Source: Candidatus Nealsonbacteria bacterium (GTDB lineage Bacteria > Patescibacteriota > Minisyncoccia > Minisyncoccales > RBG-13-42-11). Taken from it: 64,000 bases of DNA. Location: NCBI GenBank assembly GCA_019923655.1, contig JAHXGL010000002.1, positions 2,933 to 66,932 of the forward strand. The letters run 5' to 3'. Position numbers and translations under genes: made by a program. The notes under the pieces are model-generated. The model saw only the letters and a list, made by a program, of their open reading frames with translations. It ran no database searches and was not told the DNA's origin. Shown one piece after another: positions 47,519-57,945 of this stretch (position 1 is the first letter of the stretch; the number at the start of each line of letters is the position of its first letter).

Positions 47519-47749
47519 ATCGAGGTGCCGAACAGGGCCGTTAATGTGAACTTGCAGGCCCTACCAGCCTGTTATCCCCGGGGTAGCTTTTATCTGATGA
47601 TCCTCCCCATTTCTATAAATAAGGGTCGGTTCACTAAGTTCTGGTTTCCCATCTGCGCGGCATATCCGCCTTGCAGTTAAGCCGGCTTATCCCTTTACAG
47701 GACCGCTCCGATTTCCATCCGGAGCTAGCCGACCTTATAAACGCCTCCA

Positions 47750-48406
47750 CTACTCTTTAGGCAATTCTGTTAACCTTAAAACTCTTGGAATTTTATATTT
47801 CATCGAAGAAATTATGTGTGGTTTTATCAATGCGATAAACTTTTCTCCAGATTTTCCTCCTAAATAAATTTGTTTTCCATTTTTCTCTTTTCTTGTTGTA
47901 CTGCTAATTCCGAATTTAACCTTCAATACCTCTTGAAGTCTTTTCACATCATCCTCTCTAAATCCTTGGGTGTTTAAAAATAAACCCTTGTGTTTTCTCG
48001 ATTTAATTGATCCGTCATCCATATACCAAATCGCTAATCCTAAAGGAGTAATATCCTTTTCTAAGTCATTCGGTATAATTTTCTTTCTTTTTCTGTAAAA
48101 TTTTTCTTGGAATTCTCCTAACAATCTATGACCATAAGTAATGAATCCATAATTCAGGTAAGTTTTATTCCAAACTTTCTTTCTCTTTGATTTTGGTTTA
48201 CTCCTTATCCAATTCCGAAATTCCTCATAAATCCAGTCAACATATTCTTTCTGTTTGTAGCTGTGTTCTACTTTTAATCTTCCTAGTATCGGTGTATACA
48301 ATCTTTCTAAATGACCATCTCCTAAAATCAAACCAATTAAGATTTCTTTTTGTCTTTGACTTAGAGAGAGTTTACTTTTATATTCTTCGATTTCTTTACT
48401 TCGCAT
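47750..48406 (-). CDS. LAGLIDADG homing endonuclease (double-motif)
   Basis: motifs LIGLILGDGHL and LAIWYMDDGS. Confidence 0.85.
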   Translation of the reverse strand: MRSKEIEEYKSKLSLSQRQKEILIGLILGDGHLERLYTPILGRLKVEHSYKQKEYVDWIYEEFRNWIRSKPKSKRKKVWNKTYLNYGFITYGHRLLGEFQEKFYRKRKKIIPNDLEKDITPLGLAIWYMDDGSIKSRKHKGLFLNTQGFREDDVKRLQEVLKVKFGISSTTRKEKNGKQIYLGGKSGEKFIALIKPHIISSMKYKIPRVLRLTELPKE

Positions 48407-48690
48407 AATTTCAGAGTTTAAGTTTCGGATTAGTTAGCGGGCACTAAAACTAACCTTGCCGAATCTTTAGGTCGCCCTAAAGTTCAGACTGTATCACTAC
48501 CCCTTGAAATAATTCTATATCTCAAAGGGACTCGACATACAGTCGTTGAGGGCATCCGCCTTTGGCGGGTTTCCCTGCTGATTGTCCGCACCAAAGAATT
48601 ATTACTTAATTTTATCAAAATTAAGTATCTTTGGATACTCGGATGTTCCAGCATATTAGTCGAGTTTGCTCTAAAGATTACTCTTTAGAG
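47751..48690 (-). mobile_element. second group I intron (inferred) in 23S, upstream of the CCTAAAGAGTA block, carrying a LAGLIDADG ORF
   Basis: exon blocks ...GTAGTTTAAGTGGGGC and GCCTAAAGAGTAGTGGAGG are separated by ~940 bp; boundaries approximate. Confidence 0.55.
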
Positions 48691-51396
48691 GCCCCATAAA
48701 TTAAGGCAAGTGCCCCACTTAAACTACCTACCAGACACTGTTTTTCGCCAATTAAGGCAAAGTTAGAACAAAGACCTTGAAAGACGGGTGTTTCATTGGC
48801 GTCCTGCTCTCAAAGAACAGAACTCCCCGCTACACTACACATTCAAAGCCAAAATTCAATATCTGGCTATAGTAAAGCTCCCGGGGTCTTTTCGTCTAGC
48901 CGCAGGTAACCGGCATCTTTACCGGTATTGCATTTTCACCGAGCTCCTCGTTGAGACAGTTCCCAAGTCGTTAAGCCTTTCATGCGGGCCGGAACTTACC
49001 CGGCAAGGGATTACGCTACTTTAAGACGGTTATAGTTACCGCCGACGTTCACTGGCGCTTCATTCAGTCAGCGCCAAACACATAAACTATGCGCTTGACA
49101 CCGCCAAATTTAACGTTCCAGCACTGGTCAGGCCTCAGCCCCTATACATCCTCTTACGAGTTAAGCAGGGACCTGTGTTTTTGATAAACAGTCGCCTGGG
49201 ATACTTTTGTTGCAGCCCAGCCTTGTGCAAAGCACAAGGTCAGGCAGTCCTTATTGCGAACTTACGGACACTTTTTTGCCGAGTTCCTTAACGAGGTTTC
49301 ACTCGTTCACCTTGGCACATTTACGCCTACCCACCTGTGTCGGTTTACGGTACGGACTAAACGCATAACTAACTCCTAAGAAGTTTTTCTGGGAAGCTTG
49401 CTCATTTGAGTTCATCCCACCGTAGCAGGACTTCCTGTTAGCCCTTGAAAAATCTCAAGCTAACAACAGAAATCCAATAATCTGCTCAAATTACTAAACT
49501 CCGTCACTCCTTAGAATTATGCGCTCAGGGGCCGGAATATTAACCGGCTGTCCATCATCCAGGCCATTCGGCCAAAGACTAAGGACCGCCTAACCCTTGG
49601 TTGATTGTCATTGCCAAGGAAACCTTAGGTTTTCGGTGTCCCGGGCTCTCACCGGGATTGCGGTTACTCATGCCAACATTCTCACTCCTTAGCGCTCCAC
49701 CAAACCTCACGGTTTGACTTCGCAGCACTAAAGACGCTCCCCTACCACCCATGAAATAAAAATATCTCACGGGTCCTTATCTTCGGTACTAAGCTTAGTC
49801 CCGGTAATCTTCGGCGCGAAATTCCTTAATTAGTAAGCTATTACGCACTTTTTAAAGGATAGCTGCTTCTAAGCTAACCTCCTAACTATCTTTGGAAATT
49901 CACTTCCTTAAAAACACTTAGCTCTTCGCAACCCTTTTAATAAAAGAGTTGGAACCTGCCTTTCAGCAGTAGTTTAGGGACCTTAGATAAAGATCTGGGC
50001 TGTTTCCCTTTTGACTATGGAGCTTAGCCCCCACAGTCTAACTCCCCGCCAAAATTTTTTCGCCATTCGGAGTTTGATTGGAAAGACTAGGCAAAGCCCA
50101 CGTAATTCCATTCAGTGCTCTACCTGCGAAAATTTAGGCGAAGGCTAGCCCTAAAGCTATTTCGGGGAGAACCAGCTATTACCAAGCTCGATTAGCTTTT
50201 CACTTCTTACCACAGCTCATCCCAGAGTATTGCACGGCTCACGGGTTCGGGCCTCCTCTCGACTTTCGTCGAGATTCACCCTGGCCATGGCAAGCTCGCT
50301 TGGCTTCGGGTTCTCTATTTCCAGTCTTCCTGATAAATCAGGGGTCGCGCTATTAACACTTGCTTTCGCTTTGCCTTCGCCCCAGAAGGGCTTAGACAAA
50401 CTGAAAATAAAGACTCGTTGGCTCGTTCTGCAAAAAGCACGTCATCACCCCGCCGAAGCGGAGCTCTGACTCTTTGTAGGCGTGATGGTTTCAGGTTCTA
50501 TTTCACCGCCCTTCCGGGCTACTTTTCACCTTTCCCTCACGGTACTGGTTCACTATCGGTGAGATTAAGTATTTAGCCTTGGCTGATAGTTCAGCCTGCT
50601 TCCTTCAAGGTTTTCATTCCTTGAAGTACTCAAGTATAACAGTTAGGAGCATGAAATCGTTTTCGCTTACAGGACTATTACCTTCTTTGGTCAGGCTTTC
50701 CATCCTTGTTTAGCTAACGAAATTTCATTTTGATAGACTCCTTTTGAAGCAAAAGCTCCAAAACACCATTAACTTACAACCCCCAGCCACACCTCGCTAC
50801 GCTCGGTATTCACTTAAACGTAAAGCGTAAAACGTAAAATGCAAAACAACAGTTCAAAATTCAAAACAAAATGTTTTAAGTTTTAGGTTGTTATTTTACG
50901 CTTTTCGCTTTTAGTTTTTCATTTAAGTTCGTACCAAGCGCAAAGAGGTATGGCTAGGTTTGGGCTATTCCCTTTTCGCTCGCCGCTACTAAGGGAATAT
51001 CCTTGTGCGGAGCACAAGGCTTGTTTTCTTTTCCTCCGCTTACTGAGATGTTTCACTTCAGCGGGTTCGCCGCCGCGCAGAGCGCGGCTTGCCGTGGTTT
51101 ACACGGCAGGGTTTCCCCATTCGGAAATCCCCGGATCAAAGGTTGGTAGCCACCTCCCCGAGGCTTATCGCAAGCACCCTACGTCCTTCATCGCCTTAAT
51201 CTCCCAAGGCATCCTCCATCCGCCCTTAAAATGCAATTTGGCATACCAATTTTGTAAAACAAAATTGATAAGTTTGGCTAGCAATTAATAATCGCTATGT
51301 TTACCCTGTTAAATAATTTGCTTCGCAAATTAAAAATCAAAGATTTTTATTTAATAGGGTGAATCCTGTTAAATAATTTTGCCTTCGGCAAAATTG

Positions 51397-51520
51397 CTCG
51401 GTTTGGAATACTTCGTTTCCAAACCAAGCATTCAAAGTGTTGAGTGCTCGGTTTGGAATACTTCGTTTCCAAACCAAGCATTCAAAGTGTTGAGTGCTCG
51501 GTTTGGAATACTGCGGAACA
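51397..51520. repeat. about 2.3 tandem copies of a 57-bp unit in the 23S leader, each containing a long-loop variant of the hairpin repeat
   Basis: gctcggtttggaatacttcgtttccaaaccaagcattcaaagtgttgagt repeated. Confidence 0.8.
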
Positions 51521-51770
51521 GCATTTAACAGGGTGAATTTTTAATGTTCTTTCCTTTCTCTGCTAATTATCAATTAATTGGTAATTAGCAGAAAAAAGAA
51601 AAATCGCTTTTAGAAAGCGATTTTTCAGAACATAAACAAAAATTCTGGAATTTAACCGCTTTCCTTCTTTAGAATGGTTTTATTTTTTCTCATGCTTAAT
51701 TTAGAAACGCGGGATTCAAACCAACATATCAGTCCAAACTCGCATTCTTAATATTAACAGAATAAAAATC

Positions 51771-51795
51771 CTTGTCAAGCCCTCCCTGACAAGCC
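51771..51795 (-). terminator. intrinsic terminator hairpin (CTTGTCAGGGAGGGCTTGACAAG plus T-run) after the membrane-protein gene
   Basis: inverted repeat followed by TTTTTATT on the transcribed strand. Confidence 0.5.
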
Positions 51796-51807
51796 CTTGT
51801 CTTCTGC

Positions 51808-52509
51808 TTATCTTTTCAACTTTTTTCTTAAATCCTGCAAAAGTTCTGCGGCAACATCTTTTCCGCCCAATCCAAAAGCAATTCCAAAAGATATCACTAA
51901 TATCGCTACCAAACCAGCAAATAGAGTTTCCATAAATGGTCGAGCGACTCCAAGTTGGTATAAGATAGCTAAGATAGCAAAAGTCCAAATTGCCCACCTG
52001 ACCACTTCGCCTATTAAATGACCGTAGCCAACTTTAATACTCTCTACTCCTGCCCGAACTACCTTTGACGCAATGTCAGTCACAATTACCGCTACTACAA
52101 AAATCAAAGTAGCTACAAGAACATTAGGAAGATACCCTACAATAGCGGCTATAAAATAATCAAATGCTTCTATTCCTAAAATTCTTATTGCCGCTGAAAG
52201 GAAAACAATAATTAAAACCCATTTTACAATTGCGCCCACAAAACCGGCTGCATCCATTTTAACTTCTGCCTTTTCCAGGGCTGCTTTCCAGCTTCCTTTT
52301 TCAAAAACTCGATTAAACTTTATTCTTTTTAAGATTTCAGTAATTATCTTTCCCGCCCAAATTGAAATAAACCAACCAACAGCAAAAACAATAACTGCCC
52401 CGAGAAGAACTGGAATAAGCACGACAAATCCCTGCCAAAGCCCTTGCAAAGCGCCAATTGTAACATCAATCCAAGTTTGAATCATAATAAACTTATTATA
52501 ATCTAACAA
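51808..52509 (-). CDS. polytopic membrane protein (conserved TM-helix repeat family), function unknown
   Basis: at least 5 predicted TM helices, basic C-terminal tail. Confidence 0.5.
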   Translation of the reverse strand: MLDYNKFIMIQTWIDVTIGALQGLWQGFVVLIPVLLGAVIVFAVGWFISIWAGKIITEILKRIKFNRVFEKGSWKAALEKAEVKMDAAGFVGAIVKWVLIIVFLSAAIRILGIEAFDYFIAAIVGYLPNVLVATLIFVVAVIVTDIASKVVRAGVESIKVGYGHLIGEVVRWAIWTFAILAILYQLGVARPFMETLFAGLVAILVISFGIAFGLGGKDVAAELLQDLRKKLKR

Positions 52510-52623
52510 TTTCGACCTTTTACCTTGTCAGTAATTTTAACAGCAACCTCTTTGTTTTCGCAAAGAACAAAATTATTTTATTATAGCAAATTAAAAAGAA
52601 TAGCCCCTGTGGAAAACTATTAT

Positions 52624-52700
52624 TGGCTGCGGGGCCTGGACTCGAACCAAGATCGCGAGAGCCAGAATCTCGAGTGCTACCAAAATTACACCACCCCGCA
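52624..52700 (-). tRNA. tRNA-Gln (anticodon CTG), CCA encoded
   Basis: manual fold: acceptor UGCGGGG/CCCCGCA with U1-A72, D-stem GUGU/GCAC, anticodon stem CGAGA/UCUCG, loop UUCUGGC, T-arm CUUGG-UUCGAGU-CCAGG, G73, CCA. Confidence 0.8.
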
Positions 52701-52723
52701 AAATGATTATGTCCTTTTTTGCG

Positions 52724-53650
52724 TTATACTTTTAGATAACTCCTGGTTGCCAAAAAACTGGAAATCATTCCCAGTCCTATGCCAATGGATATTTGAATCA
52801 AAAAAATAAGCCAAATATTTTTAATAAAGAAACTAAATATATTCAAGCCAGGAAGTAAAAGCTCTAATCTTGGACTAATTAGCCAAGAACCCAAAGCAAA
52901 AAACGAGAGGCAGATTAAAGCGGCAAAAACACCAATCATCATTCCCTGAACTAAAAAGGGTCCCCGAATAAACCAGTTTGTCGCTCCAACCAATCTCTGA
53001 ATTTTTATTTCTTCCCGGGAACTGTAAATAGCTAATCTAATAGTGTTAAAAACAATCAAAACTGCCATAATCGCCAAAATTGCTACTAAACCAATCCCCA
53101 CTCTATTTAAATTGGCAGTAAGGGCAAAAATCCTTTCAATGGCCGGCTTTGTTTCCTTATAATCAACTTTTTCAATAAATTCTTTTATAGGTTCGGTTTC
53201 TAAAAATTTTGCTATTGCCTGATAATAAACAGGTCCGGCTGCCCTGATATTTAAAGAGGATAAAAAAGGATTAAACCCCAAAACATTCAAAGACTCCATT
53301 AAAACCGGGTCGTCTTGGTGTCTCTTGATAAAATCCTTAAGGGCTTGCTCTTGAGAAACATATTCAACATCTTCTACGCCGTCCATATTGGCAATTTTTT
53401 CTTTAATCTCCCGAATATCTTGTTCCAATGTTTCAAATCTAAAATGAGCCGAGATATCAACTCTTGCCTGAATGCTTAAAATCAGGAACTGGCTAATATG
53501 ATTAAAGAAAAAAAGCGAAGTAATAACCGAAAGCATCATTACCATAATAAAAATATTAACTATTGCCAAGCCCTTGTTCCGACCAAAACTTCTCCCGCTC
53601 GCTTTTATAATTCGTTTAAATGAAATAAACATAGAAGCCATAATTCTCAT
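52724..53650 (-). CDS. ftsX: cell division ABC transporter permease FtsX
   Basis: 4-TM FtsX topology with large periplasmic loop, follows ftsE. Confidence 0.85.
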   Translation of the reverse strand: MRIMASMFISFKRIIKASGRSFGRNKGLAIVNIFIMVMMLSVITSLFFFNHISQFLILSIQARVDISAHFRFETLEQDIREIKEKIANMDGVEDVEYVSQEQALKDFIKRHQDDPVLMESLNVLGFNPFLSSLNIRAAGPVYYQAIAKFLETEPIKEFIEKVDYKETKPAIERIFALTANLNRVGIGLVAILAIMAVLIVFNTIRLAIYSSREEIKIQRLVGATNWFIRGPFLVQGMMIGVFAALICLSFFALGSWLISPRLELLLPGLNIFSFFIKNIWLIFLIQISIGIGLGMISSFLATRSYLKV

Positions 53651-54327
53651 AGAATAAATCTTCCGTTTTGTTCATCCCGAATCACTTTTCCATCCTGAAG
53701 GGTAATTACCCTTTTTCCCAATGAATTAATTATATTTTTATTATGGGTAACTAAAATTACCGTAGTGCCCAAAGTGTTAATTTTTAATAAAAGCCGTGTA
53801 ATGTCCAAAGCATGATAAGGATCAAGGTTGCCAAGCGGTTCGTCGGCCAAAATAACCTCGGGCCGATGAATCAATGCCCGGGCAATAGCCACTCTCTGCC
53901 TTTCGCCTCCGGAAAGTTCAGCCGGGAAACTATTAGCTCGTTCAGTAAGGCCGACTATTTCCAGAACTCCTGCTACGTCTCTGGTAATCTCAAAATCTGA
54001 AACTCCAATCACTTCCATTATATAAGCAATGTTTTCATATGTTGTTTTAGACGGAATCAATTTATAATCTTGAAAAACAGCTCCAATTTTTCGACGCAAC
54101 TCCGACACTTTTGTTGATTTGAAACGGCAAATATCCTGATCGTTTAAAAAAATTCGGCCTTGGTTTGGTTTTTCTTCAGCCAAAAGAAGTTTTAATAAAG
54201 TGGTCTTGCCTGCTCCCGACCTTCCGATTATAGAAACAAATTCTTTTGACCCAACCTCAAAAGAAACATTGTCTACCGCTTTTATGTCAGGAGGATAAAT
54301 TTTAGAAACATTCTGAAATTTTATCAT
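53647..54327 (-). CDS. ftsE: cell division ATP-binding protein FtsE
   Basis: Walker A GRSGAGKTT, ABC signature LSGGERQRVAIARAL, Walker B ILADEP. Confidence 0.9.
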   Translation of the reverse strand: MIKFQNVSKIYPPDIKAVDNVSFEVGSKEFVSIIGRSGAGKTTLLKLLLAEEKPNQGRIFLNDQDICRFKSTKVSELRRKIGAVFQDYKLIPSKTTYENIAYIMEVIGVSDFEITRDVAGVLEIVGLTERANSFPAELSGGERQRVAIARALIHRPEVILADEPLGNLDPYHALDITRLLLKINTLGTTVILVTHNKNIINSLGKRVITLQDGKVIRDEQNGRFIL

Positions 54328-54337
54328 TTATATTATT

Positions 54338-54570
54338 GGGTAAAGTCTGAAAAACGGACCTATTTGTTCGTAATTTAGCTTAAAGCATCAGAAGCTCAGC
54401 AATCAAGTTTCAAGTCACCGGCTGTTAAAATCCCAGCGAGATTTTACAGCCTGCGTTCTCGGCTTGTTGTCCCTCACTTTGTTCGGGAACCATGCCAACA
54501 AGCCTGCGAAAGCTGCCTTGAAACTTATTGCCTCACTTCTGAAATCGGTCCGGGAAATCGAACTTTACCC
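54338..54570. mobile_element. 233-bp MITE-like element with terminal inverted repeats GGGTAAAGT...ACTTTACCC, flanked by 7-bp direct repeat TATTATT
   Basis: near-identical to 56154-56387; inserted precisely between the prfB stop (54573) and the ftsE start (54327). Confidence 0.8.
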
Positions 54571-54572
54571 TA

Positions 54573-55670
54573 TTATTTGTTGGCTTGGCGAATTTCAGCC
54601 TCAATAAATTCATCTAAGTTTCCGTCTAATACTTTTTCAACATCTGATTTCTCAATCCCTGTTCTTAAATCTTTGACTAATTTATAGGGATGTAAAACAT
54701 AAGACCTTGTTTGATTTCCCCAGCCAACAGAAACATTTTTCCCCTTAAATTGCTTTATTTCTTTTTCAGCTTTCTCTTTTTCTTTCTGAAAAAGACGGCT
54801 AATCAGAACCTTCATCGCCTTATTTTTGTTTAACCCCTGAAGTCTTTCTTTTTGACAGGAAACCTTGACCCCGGAAGGTAAATGAGTTATTCTAACCGCT
54901 GTTTCCCGTTTGTTGACATACTGACCGCCCGGACCAGAAGCGCGATAATAATCAATTTTTAAGTCCTCGGGCTTAATGTTAATTTCCGCCTGTTTAATTT
55001 CAGAAATCTCCGGCAGGACTTCAACTAAAGCAAAAGAAGTATGACGAAGAGACCTTGAAGAAAAAGGAGAAATACGCACTAAACGATGGACTCCGGTTTC
55101 TTTTTTCAAAAAACCAAAAGCATATTTCCCTTTAATTTCTAATATGGCTGTTTTTGTTCCGATTCTTCCTTCTGGTCCGCCGGCCTCGCCAAAAGATTGG
55201 TCCAAAATTGCGGTTTTAAGTCCCTTAAAATGACAATATCTCTCATACATTCGCAAAAGCATTGTCGCCCAATCTTGGGCGTCTATACCTCCGGCTCCAG
55301 CATAAATTGACAAAATAGCATTGTCTTTATCGCGCTCAAAGGAAAACCAAACTTGAAATTCTTTGTTTTTAACTCGGCTTTCTAAAATCTGAAGTTTTTC
55401 TTCTATTTGTTTTTCTTTTTGGTCTTCTTTTTCTCTGCTTAGCCCTTCTAAATCATTTAATTCTTTTTTAAGTTCAATAAAATCTCTTATTTCTTTTTTC
55501 AAATCTGCCAGCTCCTGACTAATTTTGATTGCTTGCTCTTGCTTGCGCCAAAAATCCTGTCTCTGAATCTGTTTTTCAATTTCTTCAATTCTTTTTTCTT
55601 TTCTCTTTATGTCAAAGACAGTCCTCAAGATTGAGGATTTTCTTATTGAGGTCTTTAAGGTTTTGAACAA
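54573..55670 (-). CDS. prfB: peptide chain release factor 2 (single frame, no programmed frameshift)
   Basis: SPF tripeptide motif and GGQ motif (SGPGGQYVN). Confidence 0.85.
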   Translation of the reverse strand: MFKTLKTSIRKSSILRTVFDIKRKEKRIEEIEKQIQRQDFWRKQEQAIKISQELADLKKEIRDFIELKKELNDLEGLSREKEDQKEKQIEEKLQILESRVKNKEFQVWFSFERDKDNAILSIYAGAGGIDAQDWATMLLRMYERYCHFKGLKTAILDQSFGEAGGPEGRIGTKTAILEIKGKYAFGFLKKETGVHRLVRISPFSSRSLRHTSFALVEVLPEISEIKQAEINIKPEDLKIDYYRASGPGGQYVNKRETAVRITHLPSGVKVSCQKERLQGLNKNKAMKVLISRLFQKEKEKAEKEIKQFKGKNVSVGWGNQTRSYVLHPYKLVKDLRTGIEKSDVEKVLDGNLDEFIEAEIRQANK

Positions 55671-55685
55671 ATTTGGTCATCATTA

Positions 55686-56147
55686 TCAACGAGCAAAATG
55701 AGCAAAAGCTCTGTTCGCTTCAGCCATCCGACGAATATCTTCTTTCTTTTTGACAGCCGCTCCGCTGTTATTCGCGGCATTAATCAATTCTTGAGATAAT
55801 TTTTCCTTCATTGACTTTCCTTTTCTCGCTTTTGCCGAAAGGATTATCCAGCGAGCCGCTAAAGCCATCCTTCTTTTATCTTTTACCTCTCTTGGCACCT
55901 GATATGTTGCCCCGCCCACTCTTTTAGGCTTTACCTCTAAAACAGGCGCGGCATTTTCAAGCGCTCTTTCAAAAACCCCCAGAGGATCTTTCTTGGTTTC
56001 TTCTTTAATAATATCAAAAGCATTATAAACTATTTTCCTAGCTAGGGCTTTTTTTCCTCGCCGCATTATGTAATTAATAAATTTAGCCACTGCAATATTA
56101 TTATAAACAGGGTCTGGCAAAGTTTGATATTTTGTCTTTTTTTTCAT
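55686..56147 (-). CDS. rpsG: 30S ribosomal protein S7
   Basis: S7 core, position after rpsL. Confidence 0.9.
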   Translation of the reverse strand: MKKKTKYQTLPDPVYNNIAVAKFINYIMRRGKKALARKIVYNAFDIIKEETKKDPLGVFERALENAAPVLEVKPKRVGGATYQVPREVKDKRRMALAARWIILSAKARKGKSMKEKLSQELINAANNSGAAVKKKEDIRRMAEANRAFAHFAR

Positions 56148-56153
56148 ATATTT

Positions 56154-56387
56154 GGGTAAAGTCTGAAAAACGGACCTATTTGTTCGTAATTTAGCTTAAA
56201 GCATCAGAAGCTCAGCAATCAAGTTTCAAGTCACCGGCTGTTAAAATCCCAGCGAGATTTTACAGCCTGCGTTCTCGGCTTGTTGTCCCTCACTTTGTTC
56301 GGGAACCATGCCAACAAGCCTGCGAAAGCTGCCTTGAAACCTATTGCCTCGCTTCTGAAATCGGTCCGGGAAATCGAACTTTACCCT
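56154..56387. mobile_element. 234-bp MITE-like element (second copy), flanked by 7-bp direct repeat TATATTT
   Basis: about 98% identical to the 54338-54570 copy; lies between rpsL and rpsG, ending 6 nt from the rpsG start codon. Confidence 0.8.
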
Positions 56388-56402
56388 ATATTTCCAAATG
56401 AA

Positions 56403-56430
56403 GTTTCCAAATCCGTAGGATTTGGAAGAC
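56403..56430. repeat. hairpin-repeat copy in the rpsL-rpsG spacer
   Basis: gtttccaaatccgtaggatttggaagac. Confidence 0.8.
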
Positions 56431-56437
56431 TAAAATT

Positions 56438-56860
56438 TCAAGATGCTGTTTTCTTCTCTCGTTTAGTTCCATACTTGCTTCTTTCCTGTTTTCTCCCTTC
56501 AACACCGCCAGCATCCAACACCCCCCTTACAATATGATACCTTACTCCCGGCAGATCTTTCACTCTTCCTCCCCTGATTAAAACCACAGAGTGCTCCTGA
56601 AGATTATGGCCTTCGCCGGGAATATAAGCCGTCACTTCCATTCCATTAGTCAAACGAAGTCGGGCTACTTTTCTAATGGCGGAATTCGGTTTCTTGGGAG
56701 TAACAGTAAAAACTTTCAGACAAACTCCTTTTTTGAACGAAGACGGATAATTTTTTGGCCTGTTTTTCTTAACATTAAAACCAAAAGCCAAAGCTGGCGT
56801 TTTTGTTTTCTTTTTTGTCCTTTTTCTCTTTTTTTTAATTAATTGTTGAATTGTCGGCAT
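56438..56860 (-). CDS. rpsL: 30S ribosomal protein S12 (with basic N-terminal insertion)
   Basis: [16 protein letters not shown]...[17 protein letters not shown]. Confidence 0.9.
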   Translation of the reverse strand: MPTIQQLIKKKRKRTKKKTKTPALAFGFNVKKNRPKNYPSSFKKGVCLKVFTVTPKKPNSAIRKVARLRLTNGMEVTAYIPGEGHNLQEHSVVLIRGGRVKDLPGVRYHIVRGVLDAGGVEGRKQERSKYGTKREKKTAS

Positions 56861-56945
56861 AGTAAAAAATCAAAAATTAAAAATCAAAAATATAATCACT
56901 TAGCGCTTAAATTAAATTCTAACAAATAAATTTAAAATTGTCAAT

Positions 56946-57677
56946 TTAAATCAGTAATAATCCTGTAATTAAAGAAAAAATTTCTAAAATTAATGGAAAA
57001 ATTAAACGAAAACCGCCCAAAAAAATAAAAGCGATTAAAATAAAAAAACCGTATTGGTTTAAAAGTATTTTCAAATTTTCCATTGAATCTGGTAAAAAAG
57101 TAAAGAGAATATGAGAGCCGTCTAAGGGAGGAATGGGCAGTAAATTAAAAATAGCAAGGAGAATATTTATAAAAATAACAAAACTAAAAATTAGAAAAAT
57201 TTGAGCAAAAGGATCTCCTTGTAGTAAATAAGATAGGGTTTCCATATCCCTCTCTAAAAAAGCCTTAATAATATTAAATCTAACACCTTCCCCTAAAGGC
57301 AAAAATCGACTAAAAAATCCAATAATTATTGCTACTAAAAGATTTGCCCCTGGGCCAGCCATAGCCACTTTAGCCGAACCATATTTCTGGTCGCTAAAAT
57401 TATAAGGATTAACCGGCACCGGCCTTGCCCAGCCAAATAAAAAAGGGCTTTGCATAATAATCAAAAACAAAGGCACTAAAACTGAACCAACAGGGTCCAA
57501 GTGCTTTATCGGATTTAGAGTAAGCCGTCCGGCATATTTGGCGGTCGGATCGCCTAAATGATTTGCCATTGCTCCGTGGGCAACCTCGTGAATAACAATG
57601 GAAAAAATCAAAATAATAACCAGAAATATCATCTCCATATGATATATGATATTGTTTAGTATATCAGAAATTTGCAA
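56946..57677 (-). CDS. M50 family (site-2 protease-like) membrane metalloprotease
   Basis: HEVAH zinc motif inside a TM helix and downstream LDG motif (LLPIPPLDGSHI). Confidence 0.7.
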   Translation of the reverse strand: MQISDILNNIIYHMEMIFLVIILIFSIVIHEVAHGAMANHLGDPTAKYAGRLTLNPIKHLDPVGSVLVPLFLIIMQSPFLFGWARPVPVNPYNFSDQKYGSAKVAMAGPGANLLVAIIIGFFSRFLPLGEGVRFNIIKAFLERDMETLSYLLQGDPFAQIFLIFSFVIFINILLAIFNLLPIPPLDGSHILFTFLPDSMENLKILLNQYGFFILIAFIFLGGFRLIFPLILEIFSLITGLLLI

Positions 57678-57705
57678 AAATTAAAAACTATGATAGAATT
57701 TAATA

Positions 57706-57894
57706 ATGGCTAAAGAATGCGCAATTTGCGGAAAAAAATCAATAATGGCCGGGCAACGAAAAAAACTAATGAGCAGATACAATCCAACGCCCAAAAAAAG
57801 AAAATACCCCAACCTTCAATGGGTCTCTTTATTGTCAAACAAAAGAGTCAAGGCCTGTACTAAATGCAGAAGGACAATGACAAAGAGAACATAG
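57706..57894 (+). CDS. rpmB: 50S ribosomal protein L28 (zinc-ribbon type)
   Basis: MAKECAICGKKS...PNLQ...CTKCRR pattern consistent with L28. Confidence 0.6.
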   Translation: MAKECAICGKKSIMAGQRKKLMSRYNPTPKKRKYPNLQWVSLLSNKRVKACTKCRRTMTKRT

Positions 57895-57945
57895 CCTGTT
57901 TGAGTAAAAAAATCGCGACTGGTCGCGGTTTTTTCATAATGGCTC

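Noticed and set aside
52525-52809. 94-aa plus-strand ORF
   Set aside because: It overlaps the tRNA-Gln gene and the ftsX 3' end, so it is spurious.
54573-55670. Programmed +1 frameshift in prfB
   Set aside because: RF2 is encoded in a single uninterrupted frame of 365 aa, with a plausible N-terminus and no internal in-frame UGA near codon 25.
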